Positions 49,352 through 62,949 of a DNA stretch of 64,000 nt are shown piece after piece. The stretch spans positions 30,380,001-30,444,000 of the forward strand of contig CM120642.1 of assembly GCA_051362555.1 (NCBI GenBank). The letters run 5' to 3'. The position numbers were made by a program, and so were the translations under genes. The DNA comes from Lingula anatina. Lineage: Eukaryota; Animalia; Brachiopoda. Position 1 is the first letter of the stretch; every line of letters starts with the position of its first letter. Below the pieces are notes generated by a model. That model saw nothing but the letters and a program-made list of their open reading frames with translations. It was not told where the DNA came from and ran no database searches.

Positions 49352-52300
49352 TTTTCCCTTCTGAAGGTATCGATGTATCATATTTAAAAAAAGGGACAAA
49401 GCAGCATGCATGCATGCATATCTGATTAATAGCCCCTACATCTTAAGCACATTTTTTAAGACTGGATTTTGTTTTTAAACTTAAGGCAAGTTGCAAATGC
49501 TCATTACCCAAAATATTTTACATACCACATAGATCAATTAGGTGCAATTTCGTCAGATTTCAATTGCTGTTGCTTTAAGAAATTTGAGTTTAAATTTTGT
49601 GCTTTTTTCAACCCAAAATGGCAAAGTCATACAATAATTTTTTGTGCAAAAATTAGGTGGTGAATAAAAAATGTGCAAAATTGTCATATATTGAAATAAA
49701 AGAGAAAAAAAACATGCAAAAAAAGATGAAAGTTATAATCCATGAAGAAAATCTCACGTCTGTTGTGAAAGTGCAGATAATTATTTTTAATTTATAATTC
49801 ACCCACTGACCAAATTAAAAGTTACCATTAAAAAAATCTTATAAATCTTAAAAACATAACACAACAAAACAATCAGGAAGTTAAGACGATGTATGTAATA
49901 TTATCATATACTTTGTTGAAAATAAATGGGTGAACAGGATTGTAATATAATGGCAAATTCAAAAAAGAAGAGGAATGCTATTTGATAGAAACAGATATCG
50001 ATATAGTCAATCATTAAAGTGTATAGAAACTTCCTGCATGATGCCACACCCTCTGTTAAGTGTCACAAGGGCTCACTGTCAAATTAAAATCTTTTACACC
50101 TTTTTAATGAGGGTATGGTTACTGAATTTTGCGACATAAATATGTATTAATTATGCTTTCAGATTAAAATAAAACTGCTTAATAATATTAAATTTGTAGT
50201 CTAAACTTCAAATACGGTGCTTATATACTATAATTTAGCACAAAAAAAAAAAAAAACTAATTAAGGATTGTTGTCAAAAAGTGGTAAGGTCAATACATCA
50301 AGGGCCAGTAAAATTTAAAAAGAAAATATTGTTAATACAAAATGCCAATGTGCATTATCATGTCTCACGCTTTGCACCAGTTTACTTATGACAGTGTAGC
50401 AAGACAGAGAGTACCCAATGACAGAAAGTCCGCTTCCCATTCATTTGTACAGGTAAGTTTCGCCCTGGATTTTTGACCCACTTAGGTCAGACTAACCCAA
50501 ACCGTTATAACTAAATGCAGGGCGGATTCTCTGTTATACGAACCCGCAGTCTCGTTACACCGGGCGTCATTACAAGCTGAAAACGCGAAATCACACAAAT
50601 GAACAAAGCTTTCGGACGATCTACTGCTAAATATGTTACATGGAATGTATTGGTTTCAACTTAAGATTCAATCTACTTTGGGTCAAAATTTTAAGCAAGT
50701 GAAGGATTAAACTGACATGTGGATCCGACTTTGTGTCTCACGTTCTCTTTTCAGACCAACACTCTTGCACTTATAGACAAAAGAAAACGTTTCTTTTTTC
50801 CATTCAATACAATATAAGGAAGTTCCCCTTCGGGACTGGGATATGAGCTGTATGACTTTTACGTCTACGAAGACCAAAGAAGTATCAGAACAACTAACTT
50901 TTACCGTTTACACCTACCCCCTTGGTCCACGCCGTCCTGGCTCTCTCTGAAAACGAGGCTACAATTTAAAAAGGGAAACAAAGCACTACCGATTTTGTGT
51001 TGCATTAGATGTGAAAACACCAACAGCATTACGTGTGTAGCCGCATGTTGGCCTCGGAGATACTCGCTATTAATATAATATAATATAAGTTACTCGCTGC
51101 CGAGTAGTCTCCTCCAGATGGTTCCAATCTATTGCTAATTTTACAAATAATAAACCTTTATCAAGTGTTACTTTTTGCATAGCAATGAAAAGTAATCAGT
51201 TATTCTGTGGACCACGTTAAGTCGCTACACCTAAAGAGAACCAACAAGGCGTTTTTCCCATGGTAGTTCTCGTATTGTACTTTTACTCACTTTTTTTATT
51301 GAATAAGTACATTTCCATGTGCTTCGATAAAACAACAGAAAATAAGTAAAAGGTATATACTTTTTTGACTAATCTTTATTTACTGTACAGAAGGAAATAA
51401 AAATGAGACAGGAGACAATAATAAACTTTCACATTTTTTGTTTCATTATTTGCTTGGAGTGAAAACACCACCTAACTCATTTCTTAAACCAGGATTTTAA
51501 CTTGATAATGGACCCATTTTTGTTTCTTCCTTTTGTGCTTTAACACTATGACCTTTAACACTTCCTAGAACTAACTTTTGCATACATTCTTTAGATATCA
51601 ATCCTACAATAACTTAAGTACAAGAAGACTTTGTACTATTGCCTTCTAATATATACAGCATAGAATTAGCCACTTTATTATTTTTTTTACATGTGTAAAA
51701 CAACTTACAAGCCTCTGAAGTTATTGCCCAACTTGCTACACCTTAGAATAATGAATGATTGAATAGTTTGAACATTTAAACTATATTTAAGTCTGCTGAT
51801 ATGTATTAACATGAAGAAGTTTTCCAAGAGGCACAACCGAGTCCAAAAACACTACACAATGAAACAAGATTCTGTGAGGCCAAGAAATGTCATCTTCATT
51901 ATCTCTGGGAAAGAATTGCTATAACTGTACAACTAAGTACTCAGTTTCAAAGTAGCTGAAAGTTTGGTCTTCAAATAGAAGAACAATCTATTAATGTCTT
52001 ATACATTCACCCCTGAAAAAAAATAATTATGAAGAAAAGCATTTTCCCTCAACTGCAAACAAACAGCTCTGTTATATGCTATTATTAGTACATGTAGTTT
52101 TCAAGTACACTTACTTAAGCAAGGATTCAAAATACAATAATGTGCATAATCACAACACCACCCTAAAGCTTTGTAACACTCCCCCTGCTCCCCCCCCCCC
52201 CCCCCCCAAAAAAAAAAAAAAAAAATGACACCACAGAGATTTAATACTGTTTACAATACTGTGTGGTGACCCTCTGGCACAGAGTCAGTTTACCTCTCCA

Positions 52301-52946
52301 CCACTAAGGCAACAAACAATGATAATGGAATTTTGAGTAAAAAATAACAACCGTGTAACAATGTAGTACAATACAGTGTCATAGCGTTTTTCTTTTCCAA
52401 CCCATGATTAATTAGACACACCAAAACATGATGAACCTTAGTCACTTACACATGAAATGTCTAAAATAATACCAGAGAAGTCAATTCCCTTAAAAACAAA
52501 TCTCTTTATATATTATATAAACACCGTATGCTCTGAGAAAAAAAAAAGCCATAACAAATACAAATCTCCTTTTCATGTACCTAGATACAACCATACAGGT
52601 TACACCATTAGGCATAACATGCAACTACTTTTTGATAATGAATTACTAATTGCCAGGCAACCAAAAATGACAGAAATTATTAATCTCAACAACAATTTCT
52701 ACCGCAAAAACAATTTCAAAATGCATATATACCAGTTTCTCACCACAGAAGCATTTGCATTTTAACAATAAATTCTTATTACTTTATTCTATTCTGATTT
52801 CTTAGTTCTATAAAAACTCACTGTCAGGATATTCTGCATACTGAAAATCACATGTGCACAGGTCACTCTTATACTCAAGCAAGCGTTTTGTAGTGTTTAC
52901 ATATGTATTGGAAATGTACCCTATCTTGCACTTCAATAGTGCCAGT

Positions 52947-53939
52947 TCAGTTCTTCTGTGTCTTGAATGATACTTGAAGTGGCCTCCCACCAGCAAATTT
53001 AAAACCATTTAGATTCTGCATGGCCCACACTGCCTCCTGATAATCCATCATGGTGACAAAGCCAAAGCCCTTGCTCGTGCCTTTCTGTGCATCTCGTATC
53101 ACATTACACTTCTGCACAACACCATACGGAGAGAAGAGCTGCCACAGGGTTTTCTCATCAGAATCTGCACCAATGTTGTAAACAAATAAACAGTGACCAC
53201 TGTTACCGTCCACGCCCCCACCGCTGACATCTCCCATGGAATTGCCTCCCATTGGGTTGTAACGCATGCGGGACCCTTGGCTACGCATGGGTCCTCCACC
53301 AAAGCCTCCACCCCGACCCATGCCCCCATAGCCACCTCCTCCTCTCATGAAACTGCCTCCACTGCCACTTCCGCCAAATGGCATGGGAGGCGGGCGCACT
53401 TTTTTGGCATTTTCTTCTGCAAATTTAATGTTGAGTGGATTTACACCCCCAGGAGCCACTTTTCCATTCCACATGTTAATGGCTGCTTCAGCCTGGTTTC
53501 TTTGGTCAAACAGCACAAAGCCAACCCCCTTGGACGTGCCTGTGAAAGGATCCTTCAATATGCGGCGCTGGATTATTGTTCCAAAGTCAGCGAAAATACT
53601 CTCAAGTTCATCTTCAGTCATTTCTTTGGGCAAGTTGCGGATGTACAGGTTAGCATTCTTGATCTGGTCCCCTCCAGGTCGAGCATAAGCCACTTTGATG
53701 GTCTTATTTTGCAGCTTTAGTTTATCTAGTGTTTCAATGGCTTGGACAGCGTGTTCTGGCTTCTCATAGTCAACAAAGCCAAAGCCATAACTGTAACCTG
53801 TGGAACGATCACGTATGATCTTGGATGACCTCACCGGGCCGATGCTGAGGAACATAGAGCGGAATTCCTCATCTGTTAAGGTTTGAGGAAGGTAGTTGAT
53901 GATCAGATTGGTGGTGCTGTTATCGTATTCTTCAGCCAT
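52947..53939 (-). CDS. Sxl/ELAV-family RNA-binding protein, 3 RRMs, 330 aa, uninterrupted CDS (paralog B)
   Basis: ATG at 53939 (MAEEYDNSTTNLIINYLPQ); TGYSYGFGFVDY, VAYARPGGD, hinge GGPMR..RMRYNPM, RRM3 CLFVYNIG..KGFGFVTM. Confidence 0.92.
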   Translation of the reverse strand: MAEEYDNSTTNLIINYLPQTLTDEEFRSMFLSIGPVRSSKIIRDRSTGYSYGFGFVDYEKPEHAVQAIETLDKLKLQNKTIKVAYARPGGDQIKNANLYIRNLPKEMTEDELESIFADFGTIIQRRILKDPFTGTSKGVGFVLFDQRNQAEAAINMWNGKVAPGGVNPLNIKFAEENAKKVRPPPMPFGGSGSGGSFMRGGGGYGGMGRGGGFGGGPMRSQGSRMRYNPMGGNSMGDVSGGGVDGNSGHCLFVYNIGADSDEKTLWQLFSPYGVVQKCNVIRDAQKGTSKGFGFVTMMDYQEAVWAMQNLNGFKFAGGRPLQVSFKTQKN

Positions 53940-55265
53940 ACTGGAAAATAGGGGGCAGCACAACTCAAAAGGATGGAGCCAAATCTGCCTTCCTTAGGAA
54001 CTGTTTTTCCTTTCCACTTCTTCATGGTGAGCAAGAAAAAAAATGAGGAAAAAATTGGAAAATGTATGAAAAAAAATTAAAAATCCCAAGAAATGCTGGA
54101 AAACTAAAGAGGAAAACTGAATTAGACATTTGTAATATGTCTCTAATTTTCATAAGTCTTAAACAATATCTAAGAAACAAAATGCCTGCACTGATGGGTA
54201 AAATATGCTAAGAACAGATATCGCCCAACAGATATTCCGTTGCGGCGCCAAGCTTCAGTCGCCGGTAACAATGATTTGTGCCGAGTGCTTTCATTATTGA
54301 TTCCTTCAACAAAACATAAATTACAAAATAGACCAATGGATAAAAGAGTAAAAGCCATGCCAATAGAAAAACAAGCACGTTTCTAATATATAGTGCCACC
54401 CACTTTAAATGTAAATCAAGTTATATCCATACATAATTCACTAAATATACTTGCCCAAACCCTCGTGGTATCAAAATGGCTTCTTGACGAGCCTCGTTTC
54501 TGAAACAATAAAGACACAGGGACCTATAGTTTTTGTGGCATCTATAGTATGTAGAAATGAGAATAGTGTAATTTATCTCATCCCATAAGTCAAAACACTC
54601 AAGCTATACCTTTATGCTTAACATGACGAGTTGCTTTACCAATCAATTTTCCATTAAAAATCTTTATGGATATCAAGCATTTCCCGCCAACCCAATCCCC
54701 ATGAATGTACTCTTCAATGTGAAGGGCGGAAAACAGCTAAGTGGTGAAGTGAGTTTCACTTCTTTCATCTTTTCGGTTAATTTATAATGACAGGCAGTTT
54801 GTGATCTCAGTCTTTGTATGAGCGCTGTGATTTGACTCGGACATTACTAACGTTATCTTTAATACTATAAACCAAGTCCACGCCATTAGCAGCAATATTG
54901 TAAGGTGCAGTTCAACTAAAATACGACAGGTGTAGTGAAAGACTAGACCCGAAACCATCTTGAAAATATAGATAAATGAATGTATGAACAGGCAAATAAA
55001 TGCATCCCAAAAATGAACTTGGTTTAATAAGAAGATCGAGATTAGTCACAGGTTAAATTTCCCATAGAAATAAGTTGTTCAACACCCACTACTGCTTGGT
55101 ATCTTGATTTACTGGTAGTCTTTATCATTATGACTCATGAGCCTGACTGTTAGCGATAATCACCCTTCTCTAGAATTTTTACGTCCAGAATTTTATATTC
55201 ATAAGCTACTTCTCTATTACAGGTAAATACTACACTGACAAAAATTACATGTAAAAAGCTCAATA

Positions 55266-56663
55266 ATGCCACCAAGAAGGAAGACATCGCCATCTGAAGA
55301 TGACACCAGCCGTCAAACAAAGTCTGCTGGTGGGGCACGAGAGAGACCAGTTTCAAAGACAAGATTACAATTACAGGAAGAAAAGAGAAACAAGTTGTAT
55401 CCAGATTTGCCAGTGGATGATGATGAAGAAGAAGAGGAAGAAGAAGGAGATGAAGATACTGATGAAGTAGATTTTCTTAAAAGGTAACCAAAAATCTTGT
55501 AGACAAAAAAAAAATTGGAATACTAATTTCAAATAATAAATGTAATGTTGATCACCATATTTTGTAACCTTTTTCTATTTTAAATTCTGATATTTAGTAC
55601 TACTGAGTATTTTAAATCAGATCCATGGATTTTTTCTTCTTTTTTCTTTAACAGACGTAGAAGTGGCAGCAACAGTTTTAACAGCAGTAGAAGAAGTGAC
55701 AGCGATGGTGCTGTTTTTGAAGGTGAAAGCCCACTGTCAGCTAGATATAGGGAAACCAGTAGGCACAGCTTTGAAGAAGAAAGTATGGAATTTGAACATG
55801 TTACCTCCAGACACATCCGCGGCCACAATGTAAACGTATCAGGAAGAAGTTCTATACATTCTCCATCATCACCAAGAAGTGCTCAGCTACCTTCCTCAGT
55901 TTGGTATGATGAGTTAGTGGCAAATACAAATGTCTGGGTATTTTGTATCATTATCTTGGGGGTCATTATGTGCTACATGCTATTGTTTTCAAATGACTTG
56001 AAAGAAACACCTTCATTTCATTTGGAAGAAATTGATTATGAAAAACTTGCAAAAGATTTTGGAGAAAAAGTTAATCTTTTACAACTAGAGGCACCACAGC
56101 AAAATGCAAAGACATGGAAGATCTTAAAGGCTGCAACAAAAAGCATCCTTCGCAATCCGTCACCCGAGCAACCAGCGGTCCTGCTTATGGCTTCCACACC
56201 AGAGGGCAGCCCAACAATGGAGTGCCTCGCAAAGAAGTTAGGAAACATAATACACGAGTCATTAAATCTCTCCCAACCCACAGCAATTAAGACTGGATCA
56301 TATAGAAATGAAAAGCCAGATGTTGTAAAGGAGCAAATTGATCAGATTCTACATCAAGACTTTGAGAACGGGCACAGAGCAGCCATATTGGATCAGATGC
56401 AGAACATTCCACCTATTGCGGCCTTGATGTTACATGCATACTGTGACAATGTCAATGCCCCATATAAGAATGTTGTGATCATATTGACTATTACATTGGA
56501 AACTGATGCCCAGTCTGCTTCTGAGTTGCAGGAAAGTAGTGTGGAAACCTTTTTAACAAAAATATGGAGAAAAGGTTTAGATGATGACAAAATTGGTGCC
56601 TTGCTTAGTAGGGTTGCCAACAATATTGTTATTATAAAAAAAGATGAATCATTGTCATGCTAA
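55266..56663 (+). CDS. TOR1AIP: Torsin-1A-interacting protein (LAP1/LULL1 family), 2 coding exons (55266-55483, 55655-56663), 408 aa
   Basis: Charged/Ser-rich N-terminus, one TM helix (VWVFCIIILGVIMCYMLLF), and a LAP1C-like luminal domain: PAVLLMAS..CLA, YCDNVNAPYKNVVIILT, KIGALLSRVANNIV with the putative arginine finger. Confidence 0.85.
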
Positions 56664-59103
56664 AATATTTAATTATTTGGCTGTGTAGAATTATACAGGA
56701 ATATAAAAAAGGCTGACCAGCTGTTTCGTATGTGTTGACTTTTTTGTAGGACTAATTAATACTCTGAGTACATGTTAAGGCATCAAAGGCTGTACATTCT
56801 GGAGCGATTGGTTCATATTTTTCATTTAAGAAAATAAAAGCTCCTTTTTTGTTTTGAACATATTAATATTTGCATTTTGCAGCCCTACAGAACGCTGAGT
56901 TAAGTTGCATGCAGTTTTACATATATGTGTAATTTTCAACAGTATGAAGATGAAAAAGTATATCGCCATAATATATCATTATGTATTTCAATGTGATATC
57001 GATAATGTCAACATTCTGAATATGCCAGTCGAGTACAGGCATTTTATGCTTAACAAAGACGCTACAAAATTAATGTGCCCTTTTATTTCATAAAATAGGT
57101 TCCTTGTTTGTCTCGCCGTTGCTTTTTCTTTTCAGAATAATGTACATGCACTAACTTTTCGTTTTGTTTGTTTGTTTTTTCGTTTGGGTTCACACGTTAT
57201 ATTTTATATCTCATTAACAACCCATTTCCTCCCTACAGTCGGTTATTTCCATATTTCATTTTGCACAACTTAAAACTTAATAACTTAAAATGCCAGGGTT
57301 GAGCATATTGCACGATTAGGTTAATGTCATCCTGCTCATCTCCGTATCATCTTATCACCTTATATTATGCAAGTGAGGCTGCAAGAGAGGTCGCTCTGGG
57401 ACCTCCTCCTAAAACAAAGCGGTTCATGTTTGATTAAAATTCACCCAAAGCGCATTGACGGACCAGGACAGGTAATGGTTAACGCCTCCAACTCCCGTCC
57501 CAGTTTTTGACCCACTCTTCTAACAGCAGATGCGTCATTTGGCATCCCTCCCAGAATCGTATGTAAAGATCACTGAATTTAAATGTTAATTGGTCAGACA
57601 TCTGCACATTTAAGGTACAGACCGATAAAATAAATAAAGGTAATTAATACATGAATTTTGCAAAGCTGTCAACAATATTTTCAAGTGTTCTATTTGCCAA
57701 AGGTAAACGCTTCGTTCTTAAGTCGGTAAATTCTTGACAAACAGTCGAATTTTGATTTTTAAAATTCCGCCCAAAATGTTCAATCTTCCTTACTAACAAA
57801 CAAACAGGTTGGGCAGGAAAAGAAGGAAAAGTAGACCTATAAACTGGATCAAAAGCGTGGTTTTCTTGACCCTTCCGAAATACCGGTAGCAGTGTATGAA
57901 CATAAAACCCAGTCTCCATACATTTTGCTACACATCTCGCTGCACAATCAAGTACATTGAAATCATCAGATATATAAGAAAATTTGCAAAAAGGCCCCTG
58001 ATCTTAAGCGAGATTTTGGAAGAATATAAATTGACGGGCGAATTACCATTTATCAGGCAACTTATTTAGTCTGCTGTGCGTCTCTAGCATTTTTCCCATT
58101 CTTATAATTTTTAATCTCAGTGATTTCGCGTCTCTCCTAAGGATTGATTCACAGGCATCGATTCATGCTTATATCATCATTAAATGCAACCCAAGTTCTG
58201 TCAGAATTTAACACAGGAAATGTTACATATAGAGGCCTTATTTGTAAAATGTCTAATGCATCTTTGAATGCATATGTTTAATTGCGACCATCATTTAAAA
58301 ACGGAAAAACAATTTTGCTTCTCGAATTATTTATCATTTTAATTCATTTTTTCATACTTATTTATTTAGCACCATCGCTTTTTTATTGTGAGTTTTTAGC
58401 TGTGCTGAAATGTGATCATAATAGGTGAAAACGCCCTGCTTGGATGGAGAGACGGAGGGAGGTTATAGCCGCGTCCATTTCTTCTATCTTTCTGCCTCCT
58501 CTCATATCTAACGAGGTGAGGCAACTGGTGGAAACAGGATTTGCTCTAATACGACGCGTATTAGGGGGCGGGGGAGGGTGGGGGTAGGGCGCGTTTTTTT
58601 CGTATTCTATCGCTCGATCTGAAGGGTACACGTGGCGTCCTCTGTGGAACCACTTTTTGGTTCCGCATGGTTTTATGTCACCAGACTTTGCATTTGGATT
58701 TAAATATCATAGTTCTGGGGTACTTAATGTCAACAGCCATAAAGCAATAACAGTTGAATTATTATCAGGTGTACCTGTGCTTAGAGACCCCGCCCACCTG
58801 GCCTTTTTTTTCGAAGAAGTTGATTACAGACGTCAGGTTAACAGGCACGATGAAGTACAGTAATTTGCATACCAGTGTGTGCTTTACGCATGTTATTGTT
58901 CATGGCTGTCACGAGCAAGCCATGATGGGTAATAAAAACATTCTGGTCAAAAACTGGGGCGAAACAGATCGAAGGGGGCAATGACGTCACAATGTATTTG
59001 TACTTATAAGGTTTCGCTTTGTTAAATAGACATATCTGAATACCTACCAACGGGTTTTATTTCACTGATGGGTGATGTCAAAACTGTTCGTATGAAAAAC
59101 ACT

Positions 59104-60512
59104 ATGTCGTTTAAGAGATACATACCTGCGCTCGTGTTGGTTTTTATGACTTTTACTTTATCCAAAGCCCAGTTTGAATCGGGTGACTTTCCACATGACT
59201 ATACTCAAGCTATAAGAAAAGTTCACCGCCTCAATTCCCAGCTTGAAGCAATCCAACAAGAATCTCGGCAACAGATTCTCACGAGTCCTCTCCATCTCAG
59301 TGGACTGGATCCCAACACGTTAACAGCGTTGCTGGATCGCGTTCGGCAGCTACAAGCGGGGTATCAGCCGGACGTCAACGTCTCTGAGACATGTCTTAAC
59401 AGAACCGAGCACTATCTGGGTGGACTGATTGGGGGAGAATACTGGGCATTAAAAAGTGAGTATGAAAGTAAAAGTTAACATTCTGGTTAAGTACCTGGTT
59501 AGAGAACCTTCCAAAGATGTAGTCTTTAAAAACTTTAATCTCTAGATGGTGAATGCATCTTGGGCCCTTATTCAAAAGTGGGCTCTAATTGTTTAGATAA
59601 CGAAATAGCTATTTCCATTAATGAACTGAATAATTCAAGTCATCACAGTTTTTTTTCACACCGGGCATTCATATAGGCTTAAATTGGGAATGTTTGGATA
59701 ATATTTCTGTACACTGAAGGTCGCATTAAGGCACATACATAGTCTCCTGAATTGTTTGATTAAATCGCGCTACGATCAATTTATTTATTTATGAAACTTT
59801 ATATATATTGAGATAAAAACATGGTAAAATTTATCGTCCCCGTTGGCCTTACATTCAACCTATTTCCAGCTAGAATTTTAGCGTTGATTCTTATCATTTA
59901 ACACACGAAAGGAACGCCGAGGTCAGGTACAAATCAATATGTTAACTTATCGTTTACCCTTAAACGTGGAGCATCTAATGTTAGGTCACATTTTTGTCAG
60001 ATTTTATCAGTTCTCTGTCACTTTTAGTAAGAGCAAAAAAAAAAAAAAGTGTTGACACTTACGCTTCGGCGTGTTTTACGGAAGTCTATAATACTATGAA
60101 TACTATGATGTTCACCACAAAATGGTTTACAATGCCAGAGGTTGGTGCTACCCTCTCTGGTCATAAAAATAATAATGAGCAAATCAGTACTTCAAAATAA
60201 AGCTAGTTTTTTAATGGTTTTTAATGGATTAAATGTAGGCTACATGATTAAAAAATGAACGAGACATTACACTGAATTAACTGTAATATACTGGAATACG
60301 AAGGCACCGTCGCAATAGTAAGGTAGTGGAAAGTTTGACCTGGTCTTGGACATATGTCCAAGATCTGGTTGACAAATTCATACATGGAGAAGACACTTTG
60401 CACAATATTTGTTTGCAAGGATGAGAAATGTAAATATGAGAGTGTTCGAGACGGGTACTTTTTGCCAATACTTTTCCACTCATCCTGAAAACCTCCCTTC
60501 GTTACTGTGATT

Positions 60513-60563
<51 letters not shown>

Positions 60564-62914
60564 TGCCTTCAATACATGTTTGGAATAGACAGTTAAAGGG
60601 AAAAGCCATAAAATGTTCCTGGTGGTCATTTCAATGGTATTTTCTGTTTATACCTCAAGGTTTGTTCCATCTTTTTACATGTACAATCACGGAAAAAGCA
60701 GTAAACTGCCTCAAAAATTACATTTTTTACGTGAAGCGAAGATGCAAGGGTTGTACGCAACAATTAACTACAGACTTAAAACGATTAAACCGAGAAAATG
60801 TGTTTTAAAATAAGATTTTCATATAGGTTGTTATTTTTGAGTTTCAGACTCGATATATATGTAGTAATGCTCGGTAAGTATTAGAAAACTGCTGATGATA
60901 CCAGAAAAAATGTGTTTCTTTCTTTCTTTCTCTCTTTAATGAATTTTTCATTTATTTATTCATTACAAAATAATATGAATGGGAATGTTAAAAGGTATCT
61001 CACCTTAAGATAACATGTTGATCATTCATGAAACAAGAGAGGTTGTGTTTGCATAAGTCAGGTCAAAATCTAGACCGAGCACGATTGAAACAAAAGCACA
61101 AAATAAGTTAATATTTAATCATTGTACTTTTTCAATCGGTGTGTTATATTTATAACGATAAATAAGAAACAAATTTACTAACAAAAATGATTCCAGTGGT
61201 ATATCAGTTACATGTATCACCAATGGGGAATGGAAAACTGAATTACAGCAATAAATAATCATTTTGATTTCGGTGTTTTAGTCAAAATTTAGACGAACTT
61301 GAACTGAATAGTGCAGGAAACGTTGGTAATCATTAACAAACCTAAATATAGATCTGATGAGGGGGGGGGGTGCTGACCATAGATAATAACAAACCATTCA
61401 TGATAATAAGGAATGGTTTTGTATTCAGAACACAGGTTAAAATCTAGGATGAGCTTGGATTTGATGATAATTTACTTGTAACTGAGGACTGCGGATTGTT
61501 TATTAATGAACATGGTTAAATTGTAAATAAACCAACGACCAAAATTAATTTTAAATAGTATTCATTTCCTTACTCTCCTCGTGAAGCATAGGACACAGGC
61601 CGTCCCAACTTTAAAGTAGTATATTTATCTACTTCGTGAGTTTAATATTTTTCTTTCCTGATCATCTTTTTCGCAAAGATAATATTTTTCATTTCATGAC
61701 TCACTGACAGTTTTACACTCGCAAATTTGATTCGTGACCGGTTACACGGAGCTATCCGGCCACGTGTCAGAATGTCAGGATTCTAAGAATTATGTTTTTT
61801 TCAGTGTTCGACGCTTCAGCAAAGATACCAAGTGCCATACTTGACGGAAAATACAAATGGCTAGGTTCCTACAGCGAGTGTCTGGCCGTGGACGCCTATG
61901 TCCAGTACAATGTGACCAACCCTGACAACACCACCTGGACAGCGGATGACCAGTTTGGTGGACAGTACTGTACTGGAAATACGCCGATACAATTGGTACG
62001 AAAGACAATGTACTGTCCTTTATGTAAAATGCTGTACATTTGGGCAGTGATATTGACATTAAAATACCACCTTTAAACTTATATGTATAAACCATTTGCA
62101 ACACGTTCAAAACTTGATCTCTACCTATAGATTGCCACCAACTTACTTGAAATATGATCTCATATTCTTGCATACTGCATTACCTCAACCATGCATATAC
62201 TGTTCGCAGAACTTTCAAAACTTGATCTCGACTTATGAATTGCCAGAAAAATTTTTGATCAAATAAGAAAAATTTACGAAGACGAATCAGTAGCATCTTT
62301 ATGTAAATTCATGGACATCTCATGTTATATAGTAGGTAGTGAGGCTGATATATCCTAAATATGTTCTTTTCACAAAATACATTTCTAGGCTGGCAGCCAG
62401 TCAGTCACCCTTAGCATTGGTGTATGCGTTCCAAGTGGGTGTAGTGAACACGACTTGAAGGCCTTACTTAACACACGTAGGTACAAGGAGTCGTTAACAT
62501 GAAACAAACAGTACCAAGAGGTATCATACTTAGTACATTTATGCTCATTGCTTTTAAGGTGTCAATATATTTCACTCATCTTTTACCTAACAATTAAGCA
62601 ACCGGGCATCGTGTAAATTGGGGATGTGAGTATTGACATGTTGGCCTGGCGAGCGTGACCATTGAAATGTTCCAACACTCCTTTTTCTAATGCGGTCGCT
62701 AAGTGAGAAGAATGGGATTTGACTGCCCAAGAAAGTTTGTACTTCTTTGGACGAAGTGAGTGTAAGAAACACAGCATATTCTTCTGTTTCAGTGGTATCT
62801 GTCCTACAAGTAAACTCCTCGGTGTATGTAAAAACTGAATTTGCGTGCGTCAAAGAAAACCGACCCTGGACCAATGGAGCAATCGCATCATTGTAAGAAC
62901 CTTTTCATTTAGTC

Positions 62915-62949
<35 letters not shown>

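Noticed and set aside
48055-53720. Long antisense ORFs over the two RRM genes
   Set aside because: Expected from GC-richer codon usage on the opposite strand; no recognisable motifs.
57100-59050. Short ORFs upstream of the nrf-6-like gene
   Set aside because: No domain signatures or consistent splice chain; likely promoter or intergenic DNA (CRE TGACGTCA at 58982).
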